From Ostrea edulis (taxonomy: Eukaryota), in NCBI RefSeq assembly GCF_947568905.1, contig NC_079172.1:21514001-21578000 (forward strand): a DNA stretch of 64,000 bases, in the 5' to 3' direction. A program made the translations under genes and the position numbers. Under the pieces are notes generated by a model. That model did no database searches, had not been told where the DNA came from, and saw nothing but the letters and a program-made list of their open reading frames with translations. Positions 63,801 to 64,000 of the stretch are shown in pieces (positions within the stretch are counted from its first letter, which is position 1; each line of letters begins with the position of its first letter).

Positions 63801-64000
63801 ATGCTAATACATCTAAAAATGGAATCCAGCTCCAAATTATTGTTAATACGTGTTATGAATATTGCACGATTGATATCAATGGCTTTATTGTAAAGTTTAC
63901 ACATCCAGAACACCATACTAGCATTATGTATTAATTATCATACTACTATAGTATACTTATTTTTACTGTAGTAAAAACAATGTTTATGGTTTGGTGTACA

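Overview
This is AT-rich, repeat-dense eukaryotic DNA with spliceosomal introns. The repeat families (166-bp satellite inside Helentron-type elements, Meta/Deu-type SINEs, Naiad retroelements) point to a bivalve, probably an oyster (Ostreidae); that assignment is inference. Three host genes were reconstructed by hand from GT-AG sites and reading-frame phase. (1) A very long Delta/Notch-ligand-like gene on the minus strand (CDS 31787 to at least 21602): signal peptide, MNNL/C2, a divergent DSL domain, about 29 EGF repeats in one 3270-bp exon, and an RRRKR furin-type site; its C-terminus is unresolved. (2) NF-YA (minus, 5 coding exons, 347 aa) with unusual substitutions in the CCAAT-binding loop. 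(3) SNRPG/Sm-G (plus, 4 exons, 77 aa), head-to-head with NF-YA. The rest is mostly decayed mobile DNA: Naiad Penelope-like elements and about 14 copies of their terminal repeat, plus Tc1, DIRS, Ngaro-like and RLE non-LTR fragments, SINEs, Helentron-type elements, hAT and Harbinger MITEs, and minisatellites. No CRISPR arrays, rRNA or genuine tRNA genes were seen. All assignments come from motif recognition by eye, with no database search. Mobile-element boundaries are approximate unless a TSD is quoted.
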